From IMG/VR virus record IMGVR_UViG_2740892351_000003, positions 1-64,000 of that record: 64,000 bases of DNA, one strand, 5' to 3'. Shown piece after piece: positions 9,836 through 19,861 of this stretch (position 1 is the first letter of the stretch; every line of letters starts with the position of its first letter). The translations under genes and the position numbers were made by a program. Source of the DNA: an uncultured virus (IMG/VR IMGVR_UViG_2740892351_000003). Lineage: Duplodnaviria > Heunggongvirae > Uroviricota > Caudoviricetes. The notes under the pieces were generated by a model. The model was not told where the DNA came from. It saw only the letters and a list, made by a program, of their open reading frames with translations, and ran no database searches.

Positions 9836-9958
9836 AAGGAAACATATTTTACTTAACTTTGAGTGATGTTTCCAAACTAAATTAGTTTATTTGGATTTTC
9901 TTTGGAACTTAATATTAAGTTCCCAGCCACTCTTAGTCGCGTTTGAGTGGCTTTTTAA
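9836..9958 (+). ncRNA. Type I antitoxin antisense RNA (approximate ends)
   Basis: Extended -10 TGGTATAAT near 9821; ends at AGCCACTC...GAGTGGCT-TTTT terminator; antisense to toxin 3' half. Confidence 0.75.
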
Positions 9959-10018
9959 TTTATCGTAGATATAACTAGCTATAACACCAGCTATAATACT
10001 CATCATTAGATTTTCCAT
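9887..10018 (-). CDS. Type I toxin, C. difficile small membrane peptide family (43 aa, not in ORF track)
   Basis: MENLMMSIIAGVIASYIYDKLKSHSNATKSGWELNIKFQRKSK; hydrophobic N-terminus, basic tail; AGGAGGTG RBS in a hairpin. Confidence 0.85.
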   Translation of the reverse strand: MENLMMSIIAGVIASYIYDKLKSHSNATKSGWELNIKFQRKSK

Positions 10019-10200
10019 AGTTTTTCACCTCCTTTCATAAGAAAGTGAGGAAATTTCTATGGAAACACCACTCACAGCTTTTTCAAATATTTATTCCTTG
10101 CTATGTTTATTATATCATAAATATTGGAAATATAAAATTTTAATATTTTCTAAAATCTGACGCTTTAAACGCCATTCTAAGGCTTTATAAAAATTTACCT

Positions 10201-12045
10201 TTATATTTGTACCTTTGTTTTTTTATCATACAAATTATATATTGGATATAATTTAAATTTATTCAATAATTCTTTACTCATATTATTCATATTATTTTTA
10301 GCTTCTTCATACTTTTCAATTAATATATTTATCGCACATTGAATCATTATGTCTTTTGAGTTTTTTCTTTTAATATTATCTAAATCAAGTATTTCATCAA
10401 TGCTAAAATTTCTAATCCTTTTTATTATTTGATATTTATTAATTTTGTTTATATCTACATCAACTTCATTTTCTATCCATTCTAATAACTCTAGTGCCTC
10501 AATTAAATATTCTTTAATAAGTATTTTATCATAGTATTTAATTAATTCTAAAATATATGACATGACTCTATCTGTATACTCTGGTGTTTTTTTATATTTT
10601 TTAATATTTATAGTTGCTTTACTTACATAGAAATTAATACTATCCATATCATTATAATTTAAAAGTATATATGGACTGCATTGCATGTCTCCTTCTCTTT
10701 GAGTAATAGTAAGGTTATTTTTTTTATCAAAAATATTAATAAGATTCCAACTATTATCTGTTTCTATCTTATATAAGATTATTTTCTTTTCATTAATTTT
10801 CATATATGCAAATCCTGAATGTTTACTCATATTCTTTTTTTTAATTGTTTTATTATTAATAAATATACTTATAAGTGTATTTATCTTCCCATAATCTTCC
10901 TGAGACATATTATCTAATAAGAAATTTTCTTGTTTTATTTCAAGCATCTCTAATAGATTCTTAAAATCTTCAAAAAATAATATATTTTCTATTAAATCAT
11001 TTTCTTCGCATGGCATAGTTTTTAAATCTAAATCAATAAGTTTATCTTTTGTTGAAAATTCTTTTATAAGTACTTTTTTATGTTTAAATATATCTAATAA
11101 CATCTTTAAATTATTTAAATGACTATCAACAGTTCCACTTGGTTCTTTTATCGTAAAATTTATATCAATAGACTTATTGATTAATTTCTCATCTAATATA
11201 CGGTAAATATAAATAACAATAAAATTATTGATAGTTATTTTGTGATTGGTTTTATTTACTGTTGATATATATTCATTATTTTTATAAATATTATTTTTTA
11301 TAAAAATATCTACAATAGTTTTTGTATTTAATTCTTTAAGATACAATTTATTCACACAAGGTAAATCAATTGTATCTAAATCTTCATGTTTAAGTGGTTT
11401 GTAAGCATACACACTTCTATTAAATAAATCATATCTATTATCTATTTCTGCAATATCTATTGAAATCTCTTTGTCTCTTTCACTTAGTTCTATTTGTTTA
11501 TCTACTAAATTTTTTGTTTGTTTATTTATATTACGATAAAACGAATTAACTATTCTTTCAAAATGATTATTTTCAGGTCTTAGTTCATATAGCTCTACAG
11601 ACTTGGTCAATTGATTTTTCTTCGTTCTATCTATTTCATTTAATATATTTATCAAATCAACTGGAAGTAAATTTCTATAATAAACTTTTATTTTGTTAAC
11701 ACTTTTAATTTCAACAACAAATAAAATAACACCTTCATTATTGTAGTAGTTTCTTAAATCACTAACATCCATTGAAAAAGTTCTTTTTTTGCCACTTAAC
11801 TTTTTTACCTCCTTTGCTTTAAGTTGTATATTTATTTTTCTTAATAAATTTTCTTTTTTATTATCTAAACAATTTTCCTTCTCAATTTTATTTTTTTCAT
11901 ATAAAAATAGTTCTCCGTCCCAAGATGGTGTTTTGTCATTTGATTGAATATTTGCTTCAATATTTCCCGCAATCGCACATAATTTTTGAATCTCAGCAAT
12001 AGATAAATTTTCCTTGTGTATATTTGAAATCTTACTTGTTCCCAT
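10201..12045 (-). CDS. DUF4365-like PD-(D/E)XK nuclease with long helical C-terminus; candidate defence protein
   Basis: NDKTPSWDG...IQLK motif at the N-terminus; own RBS; extremely AT-rich. Confidence 0.65.
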   Translation of the reverse strand: MGTSKISNIHKENLSIAEIQKLCAIAGNIEANIQSNDKTPSWDGELFLYEKNKIEKENCLDNKKENLLRKINIQLKAKEVKKLSGKKRTFSMDVSDLRNYYNNEGVILFVVEIKSVNKIKVYYRNLLPVDLINILNEIDRTKKNQLTKSVELYELRPENNHFERIVNSFYRNINKQTKNLVDKQIELSERDKEISIDIAEIDNRYDLFNRSVYAYKPLKHEDLDTIDLPCVNKLYLKELNTKTIVDIFIKNNIYKNNEYISTVNKTNHKITINNFIVIYIYRILDEKLINKSIDINFTIKEPSGTVDSHLNNLKMLLDIFKHKKVLIKEFSTKDKLIDLDLKTMPCEENDLIENILFFEDFKNLLEMLEIKQENFLLDNMSQEDYGKINTLISIFINNKTIKKKNMSKHSGFAYMKINEKKIILYKIETDNSWNLINIFDKKNNLTITQREGDMQCSPYILLNYNDMDSINFYVSKATINIKKYKKTPEYTDRVMSYILELIKYYDKILIKEYLIEALELLEWIENEVDVDINKINKYQIIKRIRNFSIDEILDLDNIKRKNSKDIMIQCAINILIEKYEEAKNNMNNMSKELLNKFKLYPIYNLYDKKTKVQI

Positions 12046-12089
12046 AGAATATAGCCACCTCCTTTGATAACCTATTATATATTATACCA

Positions 12090-13202
12090 TTAATTAGCTT
12101 TGAATAAATTTTCAGATATTCTATCTGAAGCTTCTTTATCCATTTCTTTAAGTACATGAGAATATACATTAAGAGTAGTATTAATATTTGAATGTCCCAC
12201 CCTTTCAGATATAACCTTTATAGGTACTTTAGAATTTATAAGTAAAGTAACATGTGAATGTCTTAAGTCATGAAATCTAATATGAGGTAAATCATTGTTC
12301 TCTAAGAATTTTCTAAATTTCTTACTCATTACATCTTCAGCAATTGGATTCCCTTTTCTATCAAAAAATAGTAAGTTATATTCATTTCTAACAATACTTC
12401 TCAATAACTTCTTATTCTGCTCCAGCCTATAATTTTTTAGTAAATTCATAAGCTCTATTGGTGCAAATATTTTTCTAACAGAGCTTTCTGTCTTTGGCTC
12501 TTTAAGTATAACAGAACCATCTAATCTACTAGTTATCTTATTTACTGTTATTGTATTTTCATCAAAATCAATATTATCCCAAGTTAATCCCAAAACTTCT
12601 GAAAGTCTTAATCCTAGACCTATAGCTAAACTAATAGGAAGCTCCATATTAGTTCCTTTAGCTAACTTTAATAATTTTAACATTTGTTCTTTATCATAAA
12701 TTTCATTTTTAAATTTTTTAATTCTTGGACTTTCTATACCATCTATAATATTTTCTTTTATTAACTTAATTCTATACGCTCTCTTTATTGCAAGTCTCAA
12801 TACATTTATATGTACTTTAATAGTTTGAGGGTTTAAGTTACCAGCTAAATCATCTACATAATTCTGTATATGAATATTTCTCAACTCTTGAAGACGATAT
12901 TTTCCAATAGAAGGATTAATATGATTTTTACAAATAGCAATGTAACTTTTATATGTAGATGCCGAAATATTATCTTTATATTTTTCAAGAAAGTCTAATA
13001 TAAATCCAGCTAGAGTGATTTCATTTGGAACAAGAAAACTATCTTTATATATACTGTCCTTAACTTCAGCCAATCTTTTATTAGCATCTCTCTTTTTATC
13101 AAAAGCTCCCATATTCTTTTGTTTTCTTTTTCCTGATTCATCATCTCTAAATTCTAAGTACACTACATAATTTTTATTTCTTTTTCTTATAAAAGCGTTC
13201 AT
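12090..13202 (-). CDS. int: Phage integrase (tyrosine recombinase with arm-binding N-terminus)
   Basis: GLRLSE, PKT, FHDLRH, VGHS, TLNVY; Arm-DNA-bind and SAM-like domains. Confidence 0.93.
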   Translation of the reverse strand: MNAFIRKRNKNYVVYLEFRDDESGKRKQKNMGAFDKKRDANKRLAEVKDSIYKDSFLVPNEITLAGFILDFLEKYKDNISASTYKSYIAICKNHINPSIGKYRLQELRNIHIQNYVDDLAGNLNPQTIKVHINVLRLAIKRAYRIKLIKENIIDGIESPRIKKFKNEIYDKEQMLKLLKLAKGTNMELPISLAIGLGLRLSEVLGLTWDNIDFDENTITVNKITSRLDGSVILKEPKTESSVRKIFAPIELMNLLKNYRLEQNKKLLRSIVRNEYNLLFFDRKGNPIAEDVMSKKFRKFLENNDLPHIRFHDLRHSHVTLLINSKVPIKVISERVGHSNINTTLNVYSHVLKEMDKEASDRISENLFKAN

Positions 13203-13490
13203 GGTTATCCCTCCTATGAAAATTCATATACTTATTATACCATACAGAGGAGGCAAAGAATAGTCATTTTAGCTGACTTTCAACTGACTTTTTTAATTCT
13301 TTTATTTATATAATTATTGAAATTACTTAGTTGTAAAGAAATAAGACATAGAATACACAATTCTATGTCTTATACTAGTAATTTATTATTTTTTTATATT
13401 TTGCGTTTTAAGCAATCAAATTTCTGAATAGGATTAATTATAAGTATTAATTTTTACAAAGCCTTAAAATCGAATTTAAGAGGTTGTTTT
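13203..13490. other. Candidate attP / integrase control region
   Basis: Tandem CTGACTTT repeats (13273, 13284), hairpin TAAGACATAGAAT/ATTCTATGTCTTA, and a copy of a dispersed 21-bp repeat. Confidence 0.35.
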
Positions 13491-14249
13491 TTATTTTCTA
13501 GTATATTTACATTTTGGATATTGACTACATCCCCAAAATTCACCATACTGACCTTTTCTTTTAATCAAATGTCCAATTTGACATCTAGGACATTTATCCT
13601 CTTCAGTAATATTTTTTAAATTTCTAACATGCTCTCTAGTATTTTGATTAGTGGTTTTCATACAATCAAAAATTTTATCTCTGATAATTTTTATTTCTTC
13701 TTTATCAATAGTCATATCTTTGTATCTACTTATTGTACTTAATATTTCGCTTTCATTTATAGCTCTAATATTATTTCCACTTATCATTACATTTTTTAGT
13801 GTAGCTTTGTCTGAAAAAACAATTATTGAATATATATTATATTTATTTCCTATTATATTTTCTATTGCTTTAATATGAGCATAATTTTGTCTTACCGGAT
13901 TATAGAATGTACTTTTAGTTTTCCCTACAATTTGAGTCCATACTTTATCTTTATCATTTCCGTAAATATATCCACTAAAATTTTTACATTCTATAACAAA
14001 TATTCCATACATAGAAATCACAATACTATCAATTTGTGTAGTCTTATTTGAGCCTGGTACAATAATGTCTTTAATTATTATGTAATCTTTGCCTAATCTG
14101 CTAAGTATAAAATCTAATCTAAGTTCTCCAAGTCCACCTTTTACTTGTATCTTAGTATCCTTAATAATATTATTAACTTCTTTTACAGTTTTACTAACCT
14201 CTTCTGACATAAATACCTTTTTAAATATCTCCTTAAACATCCTCATCAT
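13491..14249 (-). CDS. NERD nuclease domain plus topoisomerase C4 zinc ribbon
   Basis: GE..., TQID, GIFVIECKN, NPVRQN..H; CPRC...GEFWGCSQYPKC. Confidence 0.9.
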   Translation of the reverse strand: MMRMFKEIFKKVFMSEEVSKTVKEVNNIIKDTKIQVKGGLGELRLDFILSRLGKDYIIIKDIIVPGSNKTTQIDSIVISMYGIFVIECKNFSGYIYGNDKDKVWTQIVGKTKSTFYNPVRQNYAHIKAIENIIGNKYNIYSIIVFSDKATLKNVMISGNNIRAINESEILSTISRYKDMTIDKEEIKIIRDKIFDCMKTTNQNTREHVRNLKNITEEDKCPRCQIGHLIKRKGQYGEFWGCSQYPKCKYTRK

Positions 14250-14361
14250 CTACCTTTCGACATATATTTTAATTATAACAGCTATATATGCCTTAAGTGA
14301 TATAATAAATTTATTATTTAAAATAAAATCAACTACTTTAAAAAGTAGTTGATTAATTGCT

Positions 14362-15777
14362 TTATTCAGTATATGTATATTTTGATATTTCACCTGTATA
14401 AATATTGACTAAATATGGTGTATATCCACCTGCATTATGCTCTATACCATTCATATCTACATATGTATTAAATGGACGTACATATATATACATACCATCT
14501 TCCATATTTTGAGCTTCTACATGGTTTGGTAAAAATCCATGTTCTTTCATAAATAAGTCTTTTACTAAATCTTCAGCATTTTTAAATGAAACCACTTTTT
14601 CCATATGTAAATCTTCATATAAAAGTTTATAATCTGACATGTCATTTTTATTTATACATAGACGGTCGGAACACTCTTGCCCAGCAGACACATAACTAAA
14701 AACATAATAATAATTACTTCCATTTTTATAATTATCATCAACTAAGTATACTCCATCATATGGTACATTATTTATATCTCCTACTTCATAACAATTATAC
14801 CAATCTTTAGCTAATTCTTTAGCTTCTTCAAGTCCAGTTTTTTTAATTACTCCAGTATTAGAATCTCCTATTCCATTAGTGACATTCAAACATTCTTCTA
14901 GTAACTCCTCTGTTATGCCTCCAACTGTTGTAATTTTAGTGGCATTTTTTAATATTGATTTATTACTATTATTATCAACTAAAACAACTGGACTCTTTAA
15001 AGAAGAAGCTAAAAGTGCATTAGTTAAGTTCCTAGAACCAGCTATGTAAAACTCTTTTATACCATTATAAAATTGATTTATTATTTTTTTATTTGTATCA
15101 AATCTGTCAGAACCTCCCAATCTTGTTGAGTTTGTATTTTTAACTAATGTATCATCCATTGTAGCTGTACCTCCAATTGCATATGATTTTACTTCATTAG
15201 TTGAAAATGGTATACTTTTTCCATCTGTTAATATTATCGCTGCCTTATCTCTTGCCGCTACAGAAGCTATACTTATTGCGTCTGGCTCTCCTTTATATGC
15301 ATTTGTTAGCATTACAGTATTAACTTTTTGTTTAGAGTTTATTTCTTTTGCAACATTATAACTAGTTTTTATTCTATCATCTCCATCAATTCTCTTTACA
15401 TTGAATCCTTTTGACATTAACGTATTCTCTACATATTTACTTATTGATTTTATCCCACCTATCAAATAGACTGTTTTTACTTTACTTAATCTCTTCATTG
15501 TCTCATTTGGTATGTTACTATTTTCAGATAAAAGCATTGGTGCATTTAATGTTCCTGATAATCCACTAGCACTCAAGCCATCTGCTATGGAATCACTTAA
15601 ATTAACTAGTATCGCAGTATCATAACTTTGCTTATCTGCTATAAGTCCTGCTGTTTCGTATATTGTAGATACTTCAATCTCATCTACTGAATTAAGTGCA
15701 TAAGATTGTTTTGGAAAACTAACTATTAACATTGTTATAACTAACCCTAGTGATAATATTTTTTTTGGTAATTTCAT
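14362..15777 (-). CDS. Cell-wall protein with three CWB2 repeats and signal peptide
   Basis: Signal peptide; IADGLSA..APMLL, RIDGDDRIKTS, RLGGSDRFDT repeats typical of C. difficile Cwp proteins. Confidence 0.9.
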   Translation of the reverse strand: MKLPKKILSLGLVITMLIVSFPKQSYALNSVDEIEVSTIYETAGLIADKQSYDTAILVNLSDSIADGLSASGLSGTLNAPMLLSENSNIPNETMKRLSKVKTVYLIGGIKSISKYVENTLMSKGFNVKRIDGDDRIKTSYNVAKEINSKQKVNTVMLTNAYKGEPDAISIASVAARDKAAIILTDGKSIPFSTNEVKSYAIGGTATMDDTLVKNTNSTRLGGSDRFDTNKKIINQFYNGIKEFYIAGSRNLTNALLASSLKSPVVLVDNNSNKSILKNATKITTVGGITEELLEECLNVTNGIGDSNTGVIKKTGLEEAKELAKDWYNCYEVGDINNVPYDGVYLVDDNYKNGSNYYYVFSYVSAGQECSDRLCINKNDMSDYKLLYEDLHMEKVVSFKNAEDLVKDLFMKEHGFLPNHVEAQNMEDGMYIYVRPFNTYVDMNGIEHNAGGYTPYLVNIYTGEISKYTYTE

Positions 15778-15871
15778 TGTGTATCCCCCTCATTTGTTTA
15801 AATTAACCTTTACCTAAATAGTAATACATAAATACAAAAAAGTCATCTAAATTAATAGATGACTTAATCAT

Positions 15872-16213
15872 TTATGCTACTTTTTCAATATATTTTTCAT
15901 TAACAACATAAGTTTTAAACTTATGAACCACCATAATATCTTGCATATTCCCTAATGTCATTATAACTCTAACGCATTTATTTCTAATTTCTTCTGGTAA
16001 CTCTAAACTATTTGTCAAATTAACATAATCATCATATTTGTACATATTAGCACCTCCAAAATTAGTATTGATGATATTATATCTCTTTATTTGATTTTCA
16101 TCAACAGCAAATTTCTCTCCAGTTTCAATATTTTCTAAGTAATATAATTTTTCATAAGTATCATTAGAATAATAATTGACCTTTTCTATTACTTTACATG
16201 TCTTTTTGTTCAA
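15872..16213 (-). CDS. Hypothetical phage protein
   Basis: ORF track; co-oriented with the operon. Confidence 0.5.
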   Translation of the reverse strand: MNKKTCKVIEKVNYYSNDTYEKLYYLENIETGEKFAVDENQIKRYNIINTNFGGANMYKYDDYVNLTNSLELPEEIRNKCVRVIMTLGNMQDIMVVHKFKTYVVNEKYIEKVA

Positions 16214-16319
16214 TTCATCACATATCTTTTCTAATATTTCACAAGAATTATATAGATTACTTACTTCTTCTCCAAATATACATTTATGGCAAGTTTTATC
16301 ATCACATCCAAATATAATA

Positions 16320-16532
16320 TTATCTACTTTTTTTTAGTATTTCAATTTGTTTATCAAAGTCAATATTTGAATGAGATAGCTTAAGAGCTTTTCTTGTTTC
16401 TTCTAACCACGAACATAACGTTTTTTCTATTTGACTTGTAACTATACTTATGTTTAATATACAATCATTACAGTTTAAATTACAATTTCTAGTAGATTTT
16501 AATACATCTATTACATCTTTTATAGTATACAT
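16320..16532 (-). CDS. Hypothetical Cys-rich protein
   Basis: GGAGG RBS; CNLNCNDC. Confidence 0.55.
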   Translation of the reverse strand: MYTIKDVIDVLKSTRNCNLNCNDCILNISIVTSQIEKTLCSWLEETRKALKLSHSNIDFDKQIEILKKSR

Positions 16533-16540
16533 ATAGCCTC

Positions 16541-17071
16541 CTATCTTATACCAGTGCTTCCAAATCCGTCATTTCCCCTCTCAGAACTAGTCAATTCATC
16601 TACGACTTTCAATATAGCTCTTGGAACTTGCTGAAATACTCCTTGAGCTAATTTAGTATGTTTGGGAATTAGAATTTCAAAGTCTTCTTCATTATATGTA
16701 ATTATTTTAATTTCACCTCTATATCCTGAATCCACTGTACCTAATCTTACAGTTGGATATACTCTAGTTAAAAAATCTTCCTTCCATGCAAATTCCTCTT
16801 TTTCTATTTCTCTACTAACAAGACTTGTAACTTTAAATAGTTTCTTCCAAGCACCCAAACCATTTAAGCTTATACCACTTCTAGGTCTGACTTGCATTTC
16901 ATATCCATATGGAATTTCTAATGCTATACCTGTAGGTATTGCTACTGTTGACTTAGCTGGAATTAATGTATCTTTCAGTGTATATAAATCTATTCCACTA
17001 TCACCTTCTTTTGCATAAGATGGTACTATTGCATCTTGGTTTAATTTTTTTACTTTAACATTTATACTCAT
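16541..17071 (-). CDS. dut: Trimeric dUTPase with an insertion of about 30 aa
   Basis: Motifs SGIDL, RSG, GTVDSGYRGE, LAQ, RGNDGFGSTG. Confidence 0.92.
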   Translation of the reverse strand: MSINVKVKKLNQDAIVPSYAKEGDSGIDLYTLKDTLIPAKSTVAIPTGIALEIPYGYEMQVRPRSGISLNGLGAWKKLFKVTSLVSREIEKEEFAWKEDFLTRVYPTVRLGTVDSGYRGEIKIITYNEEDFEILIPKHTKLAQGVFQQVPRAILKVVDELTSSERGNDGFGSTGIR

Positions 17072-17094
17072 TAATTTAATCTCCCTTTTTAAAA

Positions 17095-17589
17095 TTATTT
17101 ATTAGTATTAAGTTTGTTTAAATAAGCTATCCCAAGTGCTATAGCATCATATATATCACTTGTTTTAGCTTTACAAGTCCTATCAATGTACTCTCCAATA
17201 TCAATAATATTTTCTCTTACATAAACAGCTACTTCTTCTTTTTTTGCTTTACCACTATTCATAAGATATTTTCTAATAGAGACTGGATACATATATTCAA
17301 TCTCTATATTATTTAATTTAACAGTTCTCATTATTGCTCCTAAGAGTTTTCTTAAACTAAGAATTGTTTTAGAATTTCTTGAAGTGAATTGGTCTTCGAC
17401 TAAGACTATTTGAATATTATGAGCTGTAATTATCTCTTGAATTGTATTACAGATACAACACATTCGCTCATCTTCAGACTTGAATTTATCTTTTTTAGTT
17501 ACTATTTTTCCATATTTTAATACCTTTTTATTTCTATTTATAACTGCCCATCCAGTTGAGGACATGGATATATCTAGGGCTAATACCAT
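17095..17589 (-). CDS. ruvC: RuvC-like Holliday junction resolvase
   Basis: LALDIS..TGWA, LVEDQF, KAKKEEV, DIYDAIAL. Confidence 0.85.
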   Translation of the reverse strand: MVLALDISMSSTGWAVINRNKKVLKYGKIVTKKDKFKSEDERMCCICNTIQEIITAHNIQIVLVEDQFTSRNSKTILSLRKLLGAIMRTVKLNNIEIEYMYPVSIRKYLMNSGKAKKEEVAVYVRENIIDIGEYIDRTCKAKTSDIYDAIALGIAYLNKLNTNK

Positions 17590-18161
17590 TCAATCCCTTC
17601 TTTCATATGTGTTTTGACTTGCTCTACTGCATTAATTAGATTAGTATTATTTGGTATTGCAATATAACTTTCATTATTTAGAAAATCATTAAATTTAAGT
17701 TTATCATCTGCTAATCTTCTCTCTATTTCTTTAGCATTATCACCCCTATTAATAAGTCTTTTTCTCAATATATTTTCATCTGTATTTATAAAAAATGCTA
17801 TTAACTTAGTTTTTGTTCCCATAAAATATTTTTCTAATGCCTTATATCCACTTGCATCTACTATAGTCAAAGCATATTTTTTATTTTCTAATTCAGATTT
17901 ATGTATACCATATAGCCAAGTGCTTCCATCATGAACTATATATTTTCTCATTTCAATAAAATTATTTTTTTCTTTCTTAAAGAATTTATTATTTACAAAA
18001 TGATATATTCTATTAATGATTTCTGATTGGTCACGAGGAGGTCTTGTTGTGTGTGATATTAGAATTGGAATATTGAATTGCTTTGAAATTTCAGTTACTA
18101 TACTATCTTTGCCTGAACCTGAATAGCCTAAAAAAACATATATTTTAATTAATTCACTCAT
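17580..18161 (-). CDS. gmk: Guanylate kinase-like protein
   Basis: GYSGSGKD, SHTTRPPR, YHFV, WLYG. Confidence 0.85.
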   Translation of the reverse strand: MSELIKIYVFLGYSGSGKDSIVTEISKQFNIPILISHTTRPPRDQSEIINRIYHFVNNKFFKKEKNNFIEMRKYIVHDGSTWLYGIHKSELENKKYALTIVDASGYKALEKYFMGTKTKLIAFFINTDENILRKRLINRGDNAKEIERRLADDKLKFNDFLNNESYIAIPNNTNLINAVEQVKTHMKEGIEWY

Positions 18162-18227
18162 TATTCGCTAAATTCCTTTCTATGGTTCTATTATTATAGT
18201 ATAATAAATCTAAAACAGGAGGTTCAT

Positions 18228-18827
18228 ATGGAAAATTTTAAAGATTTATCTATACTTTTTAGTGCTTCTATTACTTTAATTGTATTTTTAGCAATATTTA
18301 TTGACAGGATGTTGTTATCTAATACAGGTTTTTCAAGTATAACTTCATTCATTGTAGGTATGACTATAATCGCCTTGACAACACTAATAGTTGCTGTGTA
18401 TTTAACTAAACTTTCTCCCGATATGCTTGGAGCCTCTAGTTTAATGCTGATGATAATTTTCCATGTATTCTATTTCTGGATTATAAATATAATTGTAATT
18501 TTTTCTACGTATGTATGTCTTGAAATAGATACTTTATTAAAAAAAATTATACCCAATCAACAATTTAAAATATTTACACATGATTATTTATCTTTAAACA
18601 CCCTTTTTAAAAACAAGAACTTTTTAAAATATCTTTTAATGACAAGTTATTTTATAAGTGTAATAATGATTCTTTTTCCTATTCCTATGCAGATATTACC
18701 ACATTTTATAAAAAATGAGCTAGCTTATGATTACATATCTAAGGAAATAGGATTATATCAACAATTATTTGTATTTTCTACTTTACCCATGATTTTCTCT
18801 GGGTTTAAAAAACTCATAAATTTATAA
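18228..18827 (+). CDS. Multi-pass membrane protein inserted against operon direction (moron)
   Basis: CAGGAGG RBS, upstream TATAAT, about 5 hydrophobic segments. Confidence 0.65.
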   Translation: MENFKDLSILFSASITLIVFLAIFIDRMLLSNTGFSSITSFIVGMTIIALTTLIVAVYLTKLSPDMLGASSLMLMIIFHVFYFWIINIIVIFSTYVCLEIDTLLKKIIPNQQFKIFTHDYLSLNTLFKNKNFLKYLLMTSYFISVIMILFPIPMQILPHFIKNELAYDYISKEIGLYQQLFVFSTLPMIFSGFKKLINL

Positions 18828-18944
18828 ATTCCTATGATAAGGATGTAAAACCTTCTATGTGCTTTATATCCTTATTATTTACTATTGATACTATTCATAT
18901 ATAAAATATAATAAGTAATAGTTAATCCTATTAAAATTCACATT

Positions 18945-19787
18945 TTATTGTGATTTTGATTTTCTAAAACCCTTATTTTCCTTATGTTCACAACCTCTTC
19001 CATAATGAGAACATAGAGTTTTACAAAAAAACTGATTACTTTTGTCATCATTTTTGCACCAAACACTCTCATCGTTGAAATCTAGCTGTTTTATTTGAGC
19101 AACTGTATCAACAATAAAATCAATTAATTGTCTCTCTAGTTCTTTAGTATATTTAATTTTTACTATAGCTCTTTCATAATCATTTATACTATCAATCTTA
19201 TTTCTTTCAATTAATACTCCTTTTTCATTATTCATATATTTACACATATCAAAAGCTACATATTCAATTATTTTATCTGGATATTTTTCTTTAAGATACA
19301 TTGCATATAAGATAAGCTGCATTGATTTTTTAGGTAGGTCTTTTTTAGAAAATTTACTGCTCGATTTGTAATCTATAACATAAATTTTATTACCTATTAT
19401 ATAATATAAGTCTATATATCCCCTCATTGTAATTCCATTAATGTCAAACTCAAAGTATTCTTCTATGTAGTATTTATCACACTCAATTGGTACAAAATTT
19501 TCTATATAATGTAAGATACATTCTAAATAATTAATTCTTGAATTTGGTGTAGGAAAGTTGTAATCCATTAGATTTGCATATTCTATAACTTCATTGTATT
19601 TTTGAATAGCTTCTTGATTTGTTATTTTTCTTTGTTGTAATTGTTCTAGTAAACTATGTAATTCATTGCCATAATAACCATAACAATTTTGTTCTCGATT
19701 TAAATTTTTTACATATGTAAGATAGTACTGAAATGGACATGTGTTAAATGCATTTAATTTACTAAAGCTATATAGTTCTTTTTCCAT
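18945..19787 (-). CDS. Cas4/AddB-like PD-(D/E)XK exonuclease
   Basis: SFSKL..CP, GYIDL, IDYKS, QL.LY and C-terminal Cys cluster. Confidence 0.85.
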   Translation of the reverse strand: MEKELYSFSKLNAFNTCPFQYYLTYVKNLNREQNCYGYYGNELHSLLEQLQQRKITNQEAIQKYNEVIEYANLMDYNFPTPNSRINYLECILHYIENFVPIECDKYYIEEYFEFDINGITMRGYIDLYYIIGNKIYVIDYKSSSKFSKKDLPKKSMQLILYAMYLKEKYPDKIIEYVAFDMCKYMNNEKGVLIERNKIDSINDYERAIVKIKYTKELERQLIDFIVDTVAQIKQLDFNDESVWCKNDDKSNQFFCKTLCSHYGRGCEHKENKGFRKSKSQ

Positions 19788-19861
19788 TAACTCTCCCCTT
19801 TCAAAAAAATAGAGAGCTATTAATTAATAGCTCTCAACCCTCAGTTCCTTAAAAATATATA

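Noticed and set aside
18945..19787. CRISPR-associated Cas4
   Set aside because: No cas1/cas2 or array; context fits a phage recombination exonuclease
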